A stretch of DNA of 64,000 nt, from assembly GCA_963702095.1 (NCBI GenBank), contig OY969706.1, positions 832,001 to 896,000 of the forward strand. Direction: 5' to 3'. Shown here piece after piece: positions 1-10,361 of this stretch (positions are counted from its first letter, which is position 1; the number at the start of each line of letters is the position of its first letter). A program made the position numbers and the translations under genes. The stretch is from Candidatus Bathyarchaeota archaeon. GTDB taxonomy: Archaea > Thermoproteota > Bathyarchaeia > Bathyarchaeales > Bathycorpusculaceae. The notes beneath the pieces are model-generated. The model was not told the DNA's origin, searched no databases, and worked only from the letters and a program-made list of their open reading frames with translations.

Positions 1-1
1 C

Positions 2-505
2 CGCGTCTCTGAAACACTCAAAAGCTTAGGCTACAATTACCCCACAACAGACCCCATCGTGGCGGCTGCGACCGACGAGTTCTGCGAAGAATTCATGAAA
101 TATGTCCGCATCGACTCCGACGCAGAAGAAGCACTCAAGGGGCTGTATGGAAAATATAAGCTGGGTGTTGTCTCAAACTTTGCCATCCCTGAATGTGTGC
201 TTAAACTGCTCAAATCAGGGGGCATTGACCGATTTTTTGACTTGGTGGTGGTTTCCGGTGCCATCAACAAACGCAAGCCCGCAGCAGAAATCTTTGAAAG
301 AGCCCTCGCTATGCTTGGGGTTTCAGCGGCTGAGACAGTTTTTGTCGGCGACACTTTGGACGCTGATATTGAGGGGGCAAAAGCGGTTGGAATACACGCC
401 GTCTACATTGAGCGTCGGCTTCAACACTCAGTAAAAGTTTGTCCCGATCAAACAATTAAAAGCCTAAAAGAATTGCCCTCTGCACTACAACGCTGTAATC
501 TTTAG
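2..505 (+). CDS. HAD-superfamily hydrolase (5'-partial)
   Basis: Frame is open from the window edge. HAD motifs VVSN, KP..EIF and FVGDTLDADIEGA are present. Confidence 0.9.
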   Translation, partial: RVSETLKSLGYNYPTTDPIVAAATDEFCEEFMKYVRIDSDAEEALKGLYGKYKLGVVSNFAIPECVLKLLKSGGIDRFFDLVVVSGAINKRKPAAEIFERALAMLGVSAAETVFVGDTLDADIEGAKAVGIHAVYIERRLQHSVKVCPDQTIKSLKELPSALQRCNL

Positions 506-813
506 GTTAACTGTGGGTTTTTTCGTATGGGGTCGTTTGCGTCCAGCATCTTGGTTAATTCATTATGGCGTTTGAGGAAACCTAATCCTTTGCTTGTTAT
601 TACGTATCCTTCTTTGCCATCCACGTACGATTGGATGATTAACCCGTTATCAAGTAGAAAAGCAAGGTAATCGTTTAGTTGTGTGAAACTCAGGTTTGCT
701 TTATACATTATTTTGGTTTTAAGGCTGCCTTTACGCGCAATGTCAAGCATGTTAGCCACTATGCTTAGCTGGTCACGTCTTCTCTGTTTTGCTTCAAGCA
801 AAGCGTTGAACAC
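502..813 (-). CDS. Winged-helix transcriptional regulator (archaeal HTH_45-like)
   Basis: RRRDQLSIVANML...KTKIMYKANLSFTQLNDYL...YVITSKG is a typical archaeal wHTH. Start approximate. Confidence 0.85.
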   Translation of the reverse strand: MFNALLEAKQRRRDQLSIVANMLDIARKGSLKTKIMYKANLSFTQLNDYLAFLLDNGLIIQSYVDGKEGYVITSKGLGFLKRHNELTKMLDANDPIRKNPQLT

Positions 814-987
814 CAATACCTGTCTCTCTTCGTTTGTATGTTGCTTATAACGCTTTGTTATAGGCACAAGCCTACCACAAGTAACAACAAAGAAGAGTAA
901 ACATACAAGAATATGGAAACCATACGCCAACCAAAACTAAAGAAAACCTTTACTGCAACCGCGAGACACATCAACTGGGAAAAAACC

Positions 988-1485
988 ATGCTTATAGGCG
1001 CAATTTCAGACTCACATGACAACCTCCCTCTTATAGAAAAAGCCGTAAAAATCCTCAACGAACAAAAAGTAGAGTTAGTTTTGCATGCAGGCGACTACGT
1101 GGCAGGCTTTACGCTGGCTAAACTAAAAAAACTCAACTGCCCTCTCATCGGCGTCTTTGGCAACAACGACGGCGACCATGAACTGCTCAAAAAACGCTTC
1201 AGCGAAACAGAAAACTGCACCATCCACGACCGCTTTGCAGCCATAACCGTGGAAGGCTACAAAATCGCATTGTTGCATGGCGATGAGTTGGAACTGCTCT
1301 GCGCCATCATAGACAGCGGCTACTTCAACGCAGTCATCCACGGCCACAGCCACAACCGCAGCATCGAACAAAAAGGCAAAACTCTATCAGTGAACCCCGG
1401 CGAACTCTGCGGTTACCTCACAGGCAAACCCAGCATCGCCCTACTGGACACAGCCAAAAACGAAGCAACATTCGTTGATTTGTAG
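988..1485 (+). CDS. Metallophosphoesterase, MJ0936/YfcE family
   Basis: Motifs ISDSHDN, HAGD, GNNDG, LLHG, HGHSH and NPGE. Confidence 0.92.
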   Translation: MLIGAISDSHDNLPLIEKAVKILNEQKVELVLHAGDYVAGFTLAKLKKLNCPLIGVFGNNDGDHELLKKRFSETENCTIHDRFAAITVEGYKIALLHGDELELLCAIIDSGYFNAVIHGHSHNRSIEQKGKTLSVNPGELCGYLTGKPSIALLDTAKNEATFVDL

Positions 1486-1568
1486 ACGCCTATCACCAAT
1501 CACATAACTTTATTCTCTGCAGTTGGGCGCTAGAGCAGTGATTACTCTGCGTTGGAGGTGAACTGGTT

Positions 1569-1688
1569 TTGAGTAAAAATCGTGCAAACAAAAAGGACCT
1601 CACCGTTGAAGAAGCAGGCAAAATGGGCGGACAGAAAGTCAAGAAACTAGTTGCGGAAGGCAAAGAACACGAAGAAGAAAACTGGTAA
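1569..1688 (+). CDS. Small KGG/GsiB-like hydrophilic stress peptide (39 aa)
   Basis: My translation: MSKNRANKKDLTVEEAGKMGGQKVKKLVAEGKEHEEENW. TTG start 8 nt after GGAGGTG. TVEEAGxxGG motif. Not in the ORF track. Confidence 0.75.
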   Translation: MSKNRANKKDLTVEEAGKMGGQKVKKLVAEGKEHEEENW

Positions 1689-1916
1689 ACGCAGCCTTTG
1701 CGAAGGAAAAAAAATAAAAGGGCAAGTTTTTTGGGACTTGCTAATTTTCCTGTTTAGCTTTCAGATCAGCGTTTTCTTTTTTCAGCGTAAAAAGGTATTC
1801 AAAAAAGAGCTTTTAACTTATAGCAAACTGTGAGATCACAAGAAGTTAATGTTTCAACCAAAAGAGTAAGCGATTTACCGTAAGCCTTTTATCAAAATCG
1901 TGCTCCAATTTTAATT

Positions 1917-2639
1917 ATGGTAAAGTTGGGAAATTTAGCCGCATTTTTTGTTATTACCTTAACCATCTTAAGCATAGTTCTAGTGAACCCTGGGTGCGCA
2001 CAGGTAGGCGTAACCAACCCATCAACACCCAGCTTCGGGGTCAACTATGAAATAGTTCCCATTGATATTCCCCCTGTTTATGGCGTGGACCAATCAACTG
2101 GAAAAGCGGTGGTTACTAAGGCAGGCTACACTGCATACGACGAAACGGTCTTTATTACAATCCTTAATCAACCTTTTGTTCCTTATAAAGACTCAGACGA
2201 CAACAATATACAATTGTTCTATAGCATGAGATGGAAGGCGCCAAGAAATAATTCTTGGGTAGAACCGGTGAATACAACTCAATCAAATGAAGAGCGAACC
2301 ATTTGCACTTTTGATTTTATGGGAAATTACCACAAGGAGTTAGAAGGATTGGATATTCCACTTGGCAGCGAAACTGATTTTCAAGTTGAAGCATCCATAG
2401 GATATTACACAACTGATAATGTTTTCGTAGGTAAATCAAGCGGCTGGACTAATCCACAGGCAATACAGCATGCGGCCAATTACTCTGCGTCGCCATCTGG
2501 CTCGTCTGCAATTCCAAATTCATCTGTGTTGTTTGGTCTTGATTGGGTAGGTGTCGTTGTTATTGCGTTGTTGGCTGTGGTGGTGGCGTTGTTGTTGGTT
2601 GTTGTGGTTGTGTACCTGCGTAGAAAAAGCGTTTGGTAA
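1917..2639 (+). CDS. Secreted/surface protein with C-terminal TM anchor
   Basis: Signal peptide, PSTPSF...DFQVEASIG core, C-terminal hydrophobic helix followed by RRK. Confidence 0.8.
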   Translation: MVKLGNLAAFFVITLTILSIVLVNPGCAQVGVTNPSTPSFGVNYEIVPIDIPPVYGVDQSTGKAVVTKAGYTAYDETVFITILNQPFVPYKDSDDNNIQLFYSMRWKAPRNNSWVEPVNTTQSNEERTICTFDFMGNYHKELEGLDIPLGSETDFQVEASIGYYTTDNVFVGKSSGWTNPQAIQHAANYSASPSGSSAIPNSSVLFGLDWVGVVVIALLAVVVALLLVVVVVYLRRKSVW

Positions 2640-2674
2640 CCAGCTAGGAATTAGCGGCATTCCAAGCTCAGCGG

Positions 2675-2863
2675 CTATTTTTCCGATTTATTTCCGCTTC
2701 CCTTATGCAGTGCCTCTGACATCAAACTCAACTCTTTAACGTAATCCATAAGTGTCATCTGCATTGTTTCGCTTTCGCTTGTGCCCAGCCGTGTCGATAG
2801 CACTGTTAGTATTTCCTTTTGCTCTTTGCTGAGCACCACTTTTACTATAAGCTTTCTAGCCAA
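2675..2863 (-). CDS. Small ribbon-helix-helix (CopG-like) DNA-binding protein
   Basis: LIVKVVLSKEQKEILTVLSTRLGTSESETMQMTL fits a strand-helix-G-S-helix pattern. TTG start after TGAAGGT. Confidence 0.6.
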   Translation of the reverse strand: MARKLIVKVVLSKEQKEILTVLSTRLGTSESETMQMTLMDYVKELSLMSEALHKGSGNKSEK

Positions 2864-3037
2864 ACCTTCACGCTTCCCCCTTTTTCTTTCTAGCCGACCC
2901 CATCGCCCCCATCTCAGGCGACCCATAGGTGAACTGTACATTCTGCTTCTTCGGTTTGGATACTTATTAACGTAGTATTAGGGGTATGAAACGTAGTAGA
3001 AGTACTATGAGCGCACCATCTAAGCGAAACTCCGCCT

Positions 3038-3235
3038 GTGTGGTTGTGTTTTTGTGTAGGAGAAGCAGGGCGGCGGCGTTTTAGCGTGCTTGTTTCTGCT
3101 TGTTGCTTGCGCCACAACCAGCCAGCAACCCAAAGCAGACGCAGACACAAAAAAGCAGCCGCCGATACAGTCCGTTGGTAGTTGTTGTGTATAGGCGGTT
3201 TTCACCAACAACAACTAAAGAAAACACTGAAAAAC
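3038..3235 (+). repeat. Dispersed structured repeat, family A/B copy A1
   Basis: TTTCTGC-TTG-N12-CAA-CCAGCCAGCAAC, 60-nt spacer, then GTAGTTGTTG-N18-CAACAACAAC-TAAAG. Confidence 0.85.
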
Positions 3236-3266
3236 AACAGCACACACCTAAGTCCCGTTTTCAAAG

Positions 3267-3530
3267 TCACGGTTTCTCGTAGGCTTCAATTAAGGCGGCT
3301 GCGGCTTTGGCTTTATCTGAAGCTTCGTTGAAACGGTACATGTGCACCCGCCCATACACATACTCCACGATGAGACCGTCTGACATGAGAATTTTGAGGT
3401 GCTCAACAGTCGAGGAGTAGTTCATGTTTATCCTTCGCGCTATTTCTGAGGCGTTTAACGAACGCAAATTATAGATTAATTTCAGGATTTTCATGCGGGG
3501 CTTAGACGAGAAAACCTCTTCAAACTCCAC
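3267..3530 (-). CDS. ArsR-like winged-helix protein
   Basis: FSSKPRMKILKLI...LNASEIARRINMNYSSTVEHLKIL. Coupled to cdc6. Confidence 0.85.
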   Translation of the reverse strand: MEFEEVFSSKPRMKILKLIYNLRSLNASEIARRINMNYSSTVEHLKILMSDGLIVEYVYGRVHMYRFNEASDKAKAAAALIEAYEKP

Positions 3531-4717
3531 TAAACCCCCCTCCCTTCCACGGCTAAACTGCCACGCAACTGCTTCTCCAACTCCACCGCAGGAATCGTTG
3601 GCAGCGAAATCTGGGTGGTTCTACCCCGAATCGATGCCTGAGCAACCTGCGTTTTTAAAATCCCCAGTTGGGCGAAGCGTTGAGTGTAACTGTAGATTTG
3701 GGTATGGCTGTTTGGGGTTTCGCCATATTCTTCGCAGATGACCTGATAGGTTTGCTCTATCTCTGTGAGTGAGGTGTAGGCTTCTTTGTTTTCGATGAAC
3801 GTGCGTGCGACGGCAAGCAAAAAGAGGCGTTCATGCAACCCCAAAGATTCCAGTTCACTGCGCCGCAAACTCGGCACAATACTCGAAACTGCTTGGCGCA
3901 CATACTCTGGCTCCAACCTCTCTGCGTCCTGTGCATCAGCGTACTTGCCGGCGCGCCACAACAATTCAATGCCGAACCGTGCGTTCCCCGTCTCGGAATG
4001 CGCCAACTCCGCAACCAAATCCACCACATCCCCGCCTACCACGCCGGATTCAAATGCCAAGTCCACGCGGTCGCCTAAGATGTCGATGAGTTCTGCTTTG
4101 CCGTAGCGTTCCAGTCGAATGATGCTGCGTTGCAGGGTGCTTTTTGCGCTTTCATCGAGTTGTGTGGTGGCGTCGAGGTTGCGCATTATGAAAATGAAGG
4201 ATAGCCGCTGCGGTTTGTCATGCCGCATTTCTTGGAAGCGGGTAAGTTTGTACACGGCGTCGCTGCCTTCTTTTTCTATTAGGCTGTCAAATTCGTCCAG
4301 CGCAAGTATCATGGTGGCGTCTTCTTCGTCAAGCACTTGCATCAAGGCAGAGAGGATTTCTTCTGCACCGTAGCCGCGGCTGGGATAGTTGGGTTGAAAA
4401 GCAATGATGGCTTGGTACAGAATCGGCTGGAGGCTACCCCGGTATTCGCGACAGTTAACGTGGACATAGCGGAATTTTATGCCTCGGCGGTTCGCCTGTG
4501 AAGTGAGGTTTGCGCCGAAGTTCTGTGCCAACACGGTTTTACCCGTGCCCACATCGCCAGTTAAGATTACTCGTTGCGCCATTTTGCCGGGGCATTGGAG
4601 GATAAAATTGAAGAATTCGCCCAGTATCCGTTGCTGGGTTTCTCGGTGGCGGAGCTGCGGGGGGATGTAGTTTATGTCCAGTTTGGATTCATCTTTGAAG
4701 ATGCTTTGTCGCGGCAC
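3530..4717 (-). CDS. cdc6: Orc1/Cdc6 replication initiation protein
   Basis: Walker A GDVGTGKT, YVHVNC, Walker B LDEFD, GNARFGIELL, C-terminal wHTH with RGRT. Confidence 0.95.
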   Translation of the reverse strand: MPRQSIFKDESKLDINYIPPQLRHRETQQRILGEFFNFILQCPGKMAQRVILTGDVGTGKTVLAQNFGANLTSQANRRGIKFRYVHVNCREYRGSLQPILYQAIIAFQPNYPSRGYGAEEILSALMQVLDEEDATMILALDEFDSLIEKEGSDAVYKLTRFQEMRHDKPQRLSFIFIMRNLDATTQLDESAKSTLQRSIIRLERYGKAELIDILGDRVDLAFESGVVGGDVVDLVAELAHSETGNARFGIELLWRAGKYADAQDAERLEPEYVRQAVSSIVPSLRRSELESLGLHERLFLLAVARTFIENKEAYTSLTEIEQTYQVICEEYGETPNSHTQIYSYTQRFAQLGILKTQVAQASIRGRTTQISLPTIPAVELEKQLRGSLAVEGRGV

Positions 4718-4816
4718 ATCTGTTTCCTCAGGAGTTAACGTGGAGTAAAGGTAATACTACAAATTCAAACAAAACACTAATAAATGCATTCTGCAATCCA
4801 TATTTTCCGACAAACA

Positions 4817-5398
4817 ATGATTCCGAAATATTTCTTTCTCACAAAAGGCGTGGGCAAACATAAAGAACAACTCCAATCCTTCGAATTAGCCCTCCGAGAT
4901 GCAGGCATCCAAATGTGCAACCTTGTCAGCGTCTCCAGCATCGTCCCACCAGGCTGCGAACTTATCACCCGAGAAAAGGGACTCAAAATGATTTCCCCCG
5001 GAGAAATCACCTTTGTCGTCATCGCCCGCAACGCAACCAACGAACCCCACCGCCTCGTCGCCTCATCAGTCGGCGTCGCCATCCCCAGCGGCAAAAACCA
5101 GTACGGCTACCTTAGCGAACACCACAGTTTCGGACAAACAGACGAAACCGCAGGCGACTACGCAGAAGACCTCGCCGCAACCATGCTTGCAACCACCATG
5201 GGTATACAGTTTGACCCAGAAACCGCCTGGGACGAACGCAAAAAAATCTTCAAAACAACCGGTCTCATCATCAAAACCGCCAACACCACCCAAAGCGCAG
5301 CAGGCGACAAAAACGGACTCTGGACCACCACTGTGGCAGCAGCAGTCTTGGTGCCAGCGGAAAACGGCGAACTAGTGAAAGAAAAGAAAAGCAAGTAA
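4817..5398 (+). CDS. pdaD: Pyruvoyl-dependent arginine decarboxylase
   Basis: [23 protein letters not shown] (SS autocleavage site), [17 protein letters not shown]. Confidence 0.93.
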   Translation: MIPKYFFLTKGVGKHKEQLQSFELALRDAGIQMCNLVSVSSIVPPGCELITREKGLKMISPGEITFVVIARNATNEPHRLVASSVGVAIPSGKNQYGYLSEHHSFGQTDETAGDYAEDLAATMLATTMGIQFDPETAWDERKKIFKTTGLIIKTANTTQSAAGDKNGLWTTTVAAAVLVPAENGELVKEKKSK

Positions 5399-5462
5399 GT
5401 TACTTGCCTGATTTTTCGCGTAAGTTTCGTCTTTTCTTTTTTCAGTTTTTCTCTGCAACTAT

Positions 5463-7405
5463 TTGCCGATTATTTCATACCTGAGCGACTATAGTGATTC
5501 TTACAGTTATATCCTTTTTTTGCCCTTCTTCGCAGGATTCCTTTTTTACTTAAAAAAAGACCTTGTTAATGCCTCAGTATCGGTAAACCAAACACAAAAA
5601 AGACAACTGCCGCAGTATTTTGACAAGCTTCTAGGAGTCATCCTGATTTTAACCGCAGTTATTTTCTACTGGTATGGCTCAAACACTTTTTACCCACTTG
5701 AGTACCACCTAAGCTAGCTTCCAATCTTCTTAGCAGGTGTTGTTCTGCTTCTCCTAAATCGCTATGCCCTTCGTGCTCTGATTTTTCCGATTCTGTTCCT
5801 GTTCTTTTTGGTTCCCATACCCTCCACTGTTCTCTATGCTGCCGGAGGAGCCATGGCTAATTTTAACACGCAAGTGGCTTTCGGCGTTTTAAGCGGTGTA
5901 CATGTGCCTGTTACTTTATCGACTTCTAATGGACCCCCACTTTGGTTCTAACAACTGCTGCGGGTACTCCCACTTCGTTCTCTGTTGACCTGCCCTGTTC
6001 CGGAATTTATTCGTTAATAGCGTTTGTCATGTTTGGGGCTTTCTTTGCGTTTGTCGCTCAGAATTCAGTATTTAAGAAGCTGCTGCTGTTTGCTTCCGGC
6101 TTCTTCGTGTTTGCTTTGCTTAATCTTCTACGTATTATAGGTATAATTTCAGTAGGTTACTGGCTGGGGGAAGAAGCAGCAATGTTTCTCCACTCCATAG
6201 CCGGATTAATCTTGATAGTTTTCGGCGCATTCTTGGTTTTAATAATATCTGATAAGCTTTTGAAAATGAAGATTCAGACAAGACCTCAAGAAATTCTGCC
6301 CTGCCCAAAATGCTCATCGAAGCCGATTAAGTTGAAGGCGTTCTGTGAGGGCTGCGGCAGATTTTTAGGGAGGAGAAACTGGGCGTTTTCTAAAAAGACT
6401 TATGTGACGATGTTGCTTCTGCTCTTGGCCTGTTTAATCGTTGTTCAAACGATTCAGGCGCCGACTTTTGTAACTGCTAAGGGCGAGATTGAGTATTCAT
6501 CAAGCAATGTGAACCAGGAACCAGTGAATCTTTTTCCCCCAATAACTGATTACCAACTCAGTTACCTCTACAGGGACACTGCTTATGAGCAGCTTACGGG
6601 TCAGGATTTGTCTGCAATGTACTATTACGGCGCTAAAAACAATTCAAAATTCAGCATCTACGCAGACATCGGCGTCGCGGGCAGTCTTACTGCCCTTCAC
6701 AACTGGGAATCCTGCTTAATATCCTACCAGACGGCTCAGGGACACAATCCTTTGGTCACAACTTTAGATCAAAGAGCAGTTGAGCTTCTCTCAGGCTCCA
6801 ATTTGGTTGCGCAGTTTCTCGCGTTCGACAACACGGATGGCACCCGACAGATAACGCTGTACTGGTTTGAGAAAGCAACCGTTAAAACAGGCGTAAGCGT
6901 GGAACAGAAGTACGTGCGTATTAGCTTGATTGTTCTTACCAACCAAACCACTGGCATCGCTGAACCGGAAAAAGAACTCTTCGACGCCGGGCAAGTTATA
7001 GCTGCTAAGTGGGAACCGCTTAAGAGTCAAGCGTTAATCAGCTTGGGTATTCCGGCTCAACAGGGGTTGCTGGCAGCGTTGAGCATCTTATTCGTCGGCG
7101 CATTCGCGGTGCAGTATTTTGCTGAGCAAAGAAAAATCGGCATCGACACAAAAATCTTTAGCAGCTACGGATCGGCAAAAGAGCGAATTGTTTTGGAGGC
7201 TATGAAGAACTTGTCTGGGAAAAACAAGAACCTGACAGGCGCAGAGATCACAGAGGCAGTTGCGGAGGCAAGGGGCAAAAAAGTGAGCGCTAAAGTGGTT
7301 CAGGCGGTTTTGCTTCGACTGGAACAGCATGGCTTTGTTAAGCGCAAGCTCGTTTCCATCGGCAACTCACCTAAGATCGTGTGGACGTATAGAAGCACAG
7401 AATAA
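5463..7405 (+). CDS. Exosortase/archaeosortase-family protein fused to Zn ribbon, EpsI-like domain and C-terminal wHTH (interrupted in this sequence)
   Basis: Multi-TM protein with VDLPCSGIYS (Cys), NLLRII (Arg) and FLHSIAG (His). Also CPKC..CEGC and HNWESCL. In-frame TAG at 5715-5717 and a frameshift in a C run near 5935. Confidence 0.8.
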
Positions 7406-7435
7406 AGCTGCTTCCACCTCTGAGGGCAAGAATGC

Positions 7436-7695
7436 GTTTTTTCTCTTTATGTGGGTGTGGCGTTTTGCGGGGTGCCACAGGACTGGTTGTGGGCTGCGTT
7501 GTGTTTGGGGGGTGCAACAGTTTTTAGCGTCTGTTTCGGTGTGGATCTGCGTTTTCTTCCACACGCCTTGCATGGCGGCATGTTGAGTTGGGCCCATTTG
7601 GATGTGGAAGCATGTACCGTCGCTTTTTACTGTGCGCGAAATCAATGAGGAGCAAGGAACAGCACAGTACAATCGAGCACTAGCATAACCCAAAC
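7436..7695 (-). repeat. Dispersed structured repeat, family C copy C1
   Basis: TTCTCTTTATGTGGGTGTGG...TGCCAC-N60-GTGTGG...CATG...CATGTTG, shared with 25111, 25845 and 27757. Confidence 0.85.
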
Positions 7696-7806
7696 AAAAG
7701 CACACCGCTATCACACTCCGAACGCAATCCCCAATAAACATCCCCACAATCCAAAAAAAGCATTAACAGAATCAGCTAACCAAACGAACTAATTCTAATT
7801 GCTATT

Positions 7807-9357
7807 TTAACCTATTTCATCAGTGGGCTCGAACCTTTTTCTCTTTTTAAAAATCAAGGTTAACCCAACGGCAATAGCGGCTATGGGGGGTAATGCCAAG
7901 CCAGTAACGTATTTACCGTTAGAGCTTGGAGTGGGGTCGGCTGTTGAGGTTGTAGTGGGTAAGGGCGTAGGAGTTGATGTAGAGGGAGATGTTGTGGTAG
8001 ACCAAGGTGTCGGTGTTGGTGTCGGCGAAGTCGGCGTGGCTGTCGGGGTTGCTGTTGGATTTGGCGAAGAGGTTAGTTTTGGAGTAGTTGATGTCATCGG
8101 CGCCGGTATGGGGTTTGGCGTTGGCGAGACTGATGGATTAGGAGTTGATGAAGGGGTTAGAGTTGGACTTGGCGTTGGAGTTACCGACATGGTTGGTATA
8201 GGTGTAGGCGAGGGGGCAGGCGTTGTTATTTGGAGCCATTTTTGGTAAATCAAGCCTTGAGTATTGGGGCCCCCTGTTGAGTCAACAAACGCAAAGATAT
8301 TGATATCTCTAAACCACCAGACGCCCCAGCTCCATTTGTGATCAGAGAAAATATGCAAGATATTATCATACTGGGTCAGTTCAGACGGAGAACCCACCGT
8401 TATTCCCATTTCACCGAAGTAAATGGGATAAAGCTTGGAAGCATCTAACACTCCGCTGGCAGTGAAAGCATTCATTAAACCAGTGTAATCTGTCGGGTTC
8501 CCCCAAGCGCCAAGATGTCCAAAGTGGGTGTACAGATGGAATGAGAGCACAAAGTTGTTGTCAGGGATGCTTTGAACGTATGGCAAGTAATCACTTACAT
8601 TGATTCCTCCCCAGTTGCCGTCAATGACAAATGGTTGTTGGGCCCCAGAGTTTCGGGAATTAGCAATTATTGGGTTCACCACATTGGCAAAAAAGTCCGC
8701 TCTGGCTGCTTCACCCGCGTAAATGTCAGCGTGAGGTTCATTCCATACTTCGAAAAGTACGTTGGGGTAACCTTTGAGGTCATTAACCAGTTGCCCATAG
8801 AAATCGATGAATGCTTGCTTACTTGGTATCACTGTTTCGGTGGCGGTTAATGTTTGGTATGATTGGTCTCCTTGATAGGGGGGATAGGGCAAAGCATTTG
8901 ATTGCCACTCACCCGATGGGTCACCACTATATAGAACGGACCATGGCGCGACTGTAACATAGATCCCGCGTTGTTGAGCTTGAGCGATAACGTAGCGTAA
9001 GTTGGCTCGGTTGTCATCCATATTTTTTAGCCATAGCTCCACTGACATCGTTATTCTAAGACTGTTAAATCCCCAATTCTGCATCAAATCAAGCTGCTCG
9101 GCTGCGGCTGAAATATCAAATGTGAAACCGCTTTTTGTCATCCAGCCGCCCTGCCCGTTATTTACGAAGTCACCTGTTGTTCCCCTCAGGACAACTGGGT
9201 TTCCAAGACTGTTAACAAGCTGGGTTCCCTGCCTATGAAGGGTGTCAGTTGATGCGAGAGGTGTTGGTGTCGATGCATCCACACTATACATTAGAAAACT
9301 AACCACTAAAAGGGCTATCAAAAGTAGGGCTGTTGTGCATTGCTTACTTTTTAGCAT
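7807..9357 (-). CDS. Secreted GH5 (cellulase-family) glycoside hydrolase with P/T/S linker and C-terminal TM anchor
   Basis: GNPVVLRG, WGFNSLRI, FEVWNEP (acid/base), SFHLY, YFGEMG (nucleophile), PT repeats, TM followed by KKRKR. Confidence 0.92.
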   Translation of the reverse strand: MLKSKQCTTALLLIALLVVSFLMYSVDASTPTPLASTDTLHRQGTQLVNSLGNPVVLRGTTGDFVNNGQGGWMTKSGFTFDISAAAEQLDLMQNWGFNSLRITMSVELWLKNMDDNRANLRYVIAQAQQRGIYVTVAPWSVLYSGDPSGEWQSNALPYPPYQGDQSYQTLTATETVIPSKQAFIDFYGQLVNDLKGYPNVLFEVWNEPHADIYAGEAARADFFANVVNPIIANSRNSGAQQPFVIDGNWGGINVSDYLPYVQSIPDNNFVLSFHLYTHFGHLGAWGNPTDYTGLMNAFTASGVLDASKLYPIYFGEMGITVGSPSELTQYDNILHIFSDHKWSWGVWWFRDINIFAFVDSTGGPNTQGLIYQKWLQITTPAPSPTPIPTMSVTPTPSPTLTPSSTPNPSVSPTPNPIPAPMTSTTPKLTSSPNPTATPTATPTSPTPTPTPWSTTTSPSTSTPTPLPTTTSTADPTPSSNGKYVTGLALPPIAAIAVGLTLIFKKRKRFEPTDEIG

Positions 9358-9563
9358 TGGGATGCCAACTTTTTGCAGGCACTACGCTTCGATCAAATTT
9401 AAGCCTTTACGGTTTAAGGGCAATCGGGTGTATAACAGTCGATGTAGCAGTTTATTATACCGTTTCTGCAATAGGCAATCAACTTAGCTGGTGCCCTGAC
9501 TTGAAAAGAACTGCTTTATACTGGTGCTCTATACTTTCAAGGGTTCAAGGAGAGCAGTGATAG

Positions 9564-9893
9564 TTGCAGTTGGAAGAGATGAAAAAAGAAATCGAAGCCT
9601 TAGTCATCGCTAAAGGATTCTACAATAAACCTGAGGACATCCCCAAAAAGTTGCTTTTCGCGTTTATCGAGCTAGGCGAAGCCAGCGACGCATGGAAGAA
9701 GGGGCTGGGTGAAGAAAAGCTCGCTGAGGAACTCATCGACGTAATCTTCTACATCCTCGACGCCAGCCGCTTAGCGTGCCCCCGCATGAACATGGATGAA
9801 GTTTTCGCCAAGAAACTCGCCAAGAACTTGGGCAGACCCTACCAGTACGGCGAGGGACACCGCAGCAATCAGAGCGGGGAAACCCAAAAGTAA
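9564..9893 (+). CDS. MazG-like nucleotide pyrophosphohydrolase
   Basis: IELGEASDAWKK...LAEELIDVIFY...KKLAKNLGR. Confidence 0.88.
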   Translation: MQLEEMKKEIEALVIAKGFYNKPEDIPKKLLFAFIELGEASDAWKKGLGEEKLAEELIDVIFYILDASRLACPRMNMDEVFAKKLAKNLGRPYQYGEGHRSNQSGETQK

Positions 9894-9938
9894 CGCCAAG
9901 TTTTTATCCGCAAGCCGCGGATATGGTGTTGATTCACC

Positions 9939-10361
9939 GTGGACTTCACCTATCCCCCCAACGTCTCTTTCGCCTGCAATGGCTGCGGCTTGTGCTGTGG
10001 CGATACAGACCACAAACGGCGGCATATACTGCTGCTGGAAAGCGAAGCCGAAGAGATATCTGCGCAAACCGGGTTGCCCATCGAGGACTTTGCAGTTGAA
10101 TCAAACGGTACCCAACCATACATCTATGAAATGAAGAAGGTTGAGGGCGACTGTATCTTCCTAAAAAAAAACCGATGCAACATCTATGAGCATAGGGCGC
10201 TGATTTGCAGGTTCTACCCCTTTGAACTAAAGTTTGACGTGAACAGAAACATGCATGTTTTCACTTTTACCCTTGAGTGCCCAACCATTAATACGGGCAG
10301 GGCGCTTTCCAAAAAGGATTTTGAGGAACTTTTCGAGTTGGCTAAGCAGCGTTTGCTTTAA
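9939..10361 (+). CDS. YkgJ-family cysteine-cluster protein
   Basis: FACNGCGLCC...CIFL..NRCNIYEHRALICRFYPF. Confidence 0.9.
   Translation: MDFTYPPNVSFACNGCGLCCGDTDHKRRHILLLESEAEEISAQTGLPIEDFAVESNGTQPYIYEMKKVEGDCIFLKKNRCNIYEHRALICRFYPFELKFDVNRNMHVFTFTLECPTINTGRALSKKDFEELFELAKQRLL

Noticed and set aside
4717-4817. Replication origin (ORB) next to cdc6
   Set aside because: The intergenic gap is short and I see no repeated TTCCAxTGGAA/G-string ORB motif.
5715-5717. In-frame TAG in the exosortase as pyrrolysine or readthrough
   Set aside because: The same gene has a homopolymer frameshift and the window has many indels. A local +1/-1 error (CTA GCT AGC CTT) would restore a plausible HLASLP. No pyl genes are visible.
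7823-8248. Gly/Val-rich ORF and tandem-like DNA repeats
   Set aside because: Antisense shadow of the GH5 Pro/Thr linker. The 58424-58747 ORF is likewise an alternate-frame shadow.
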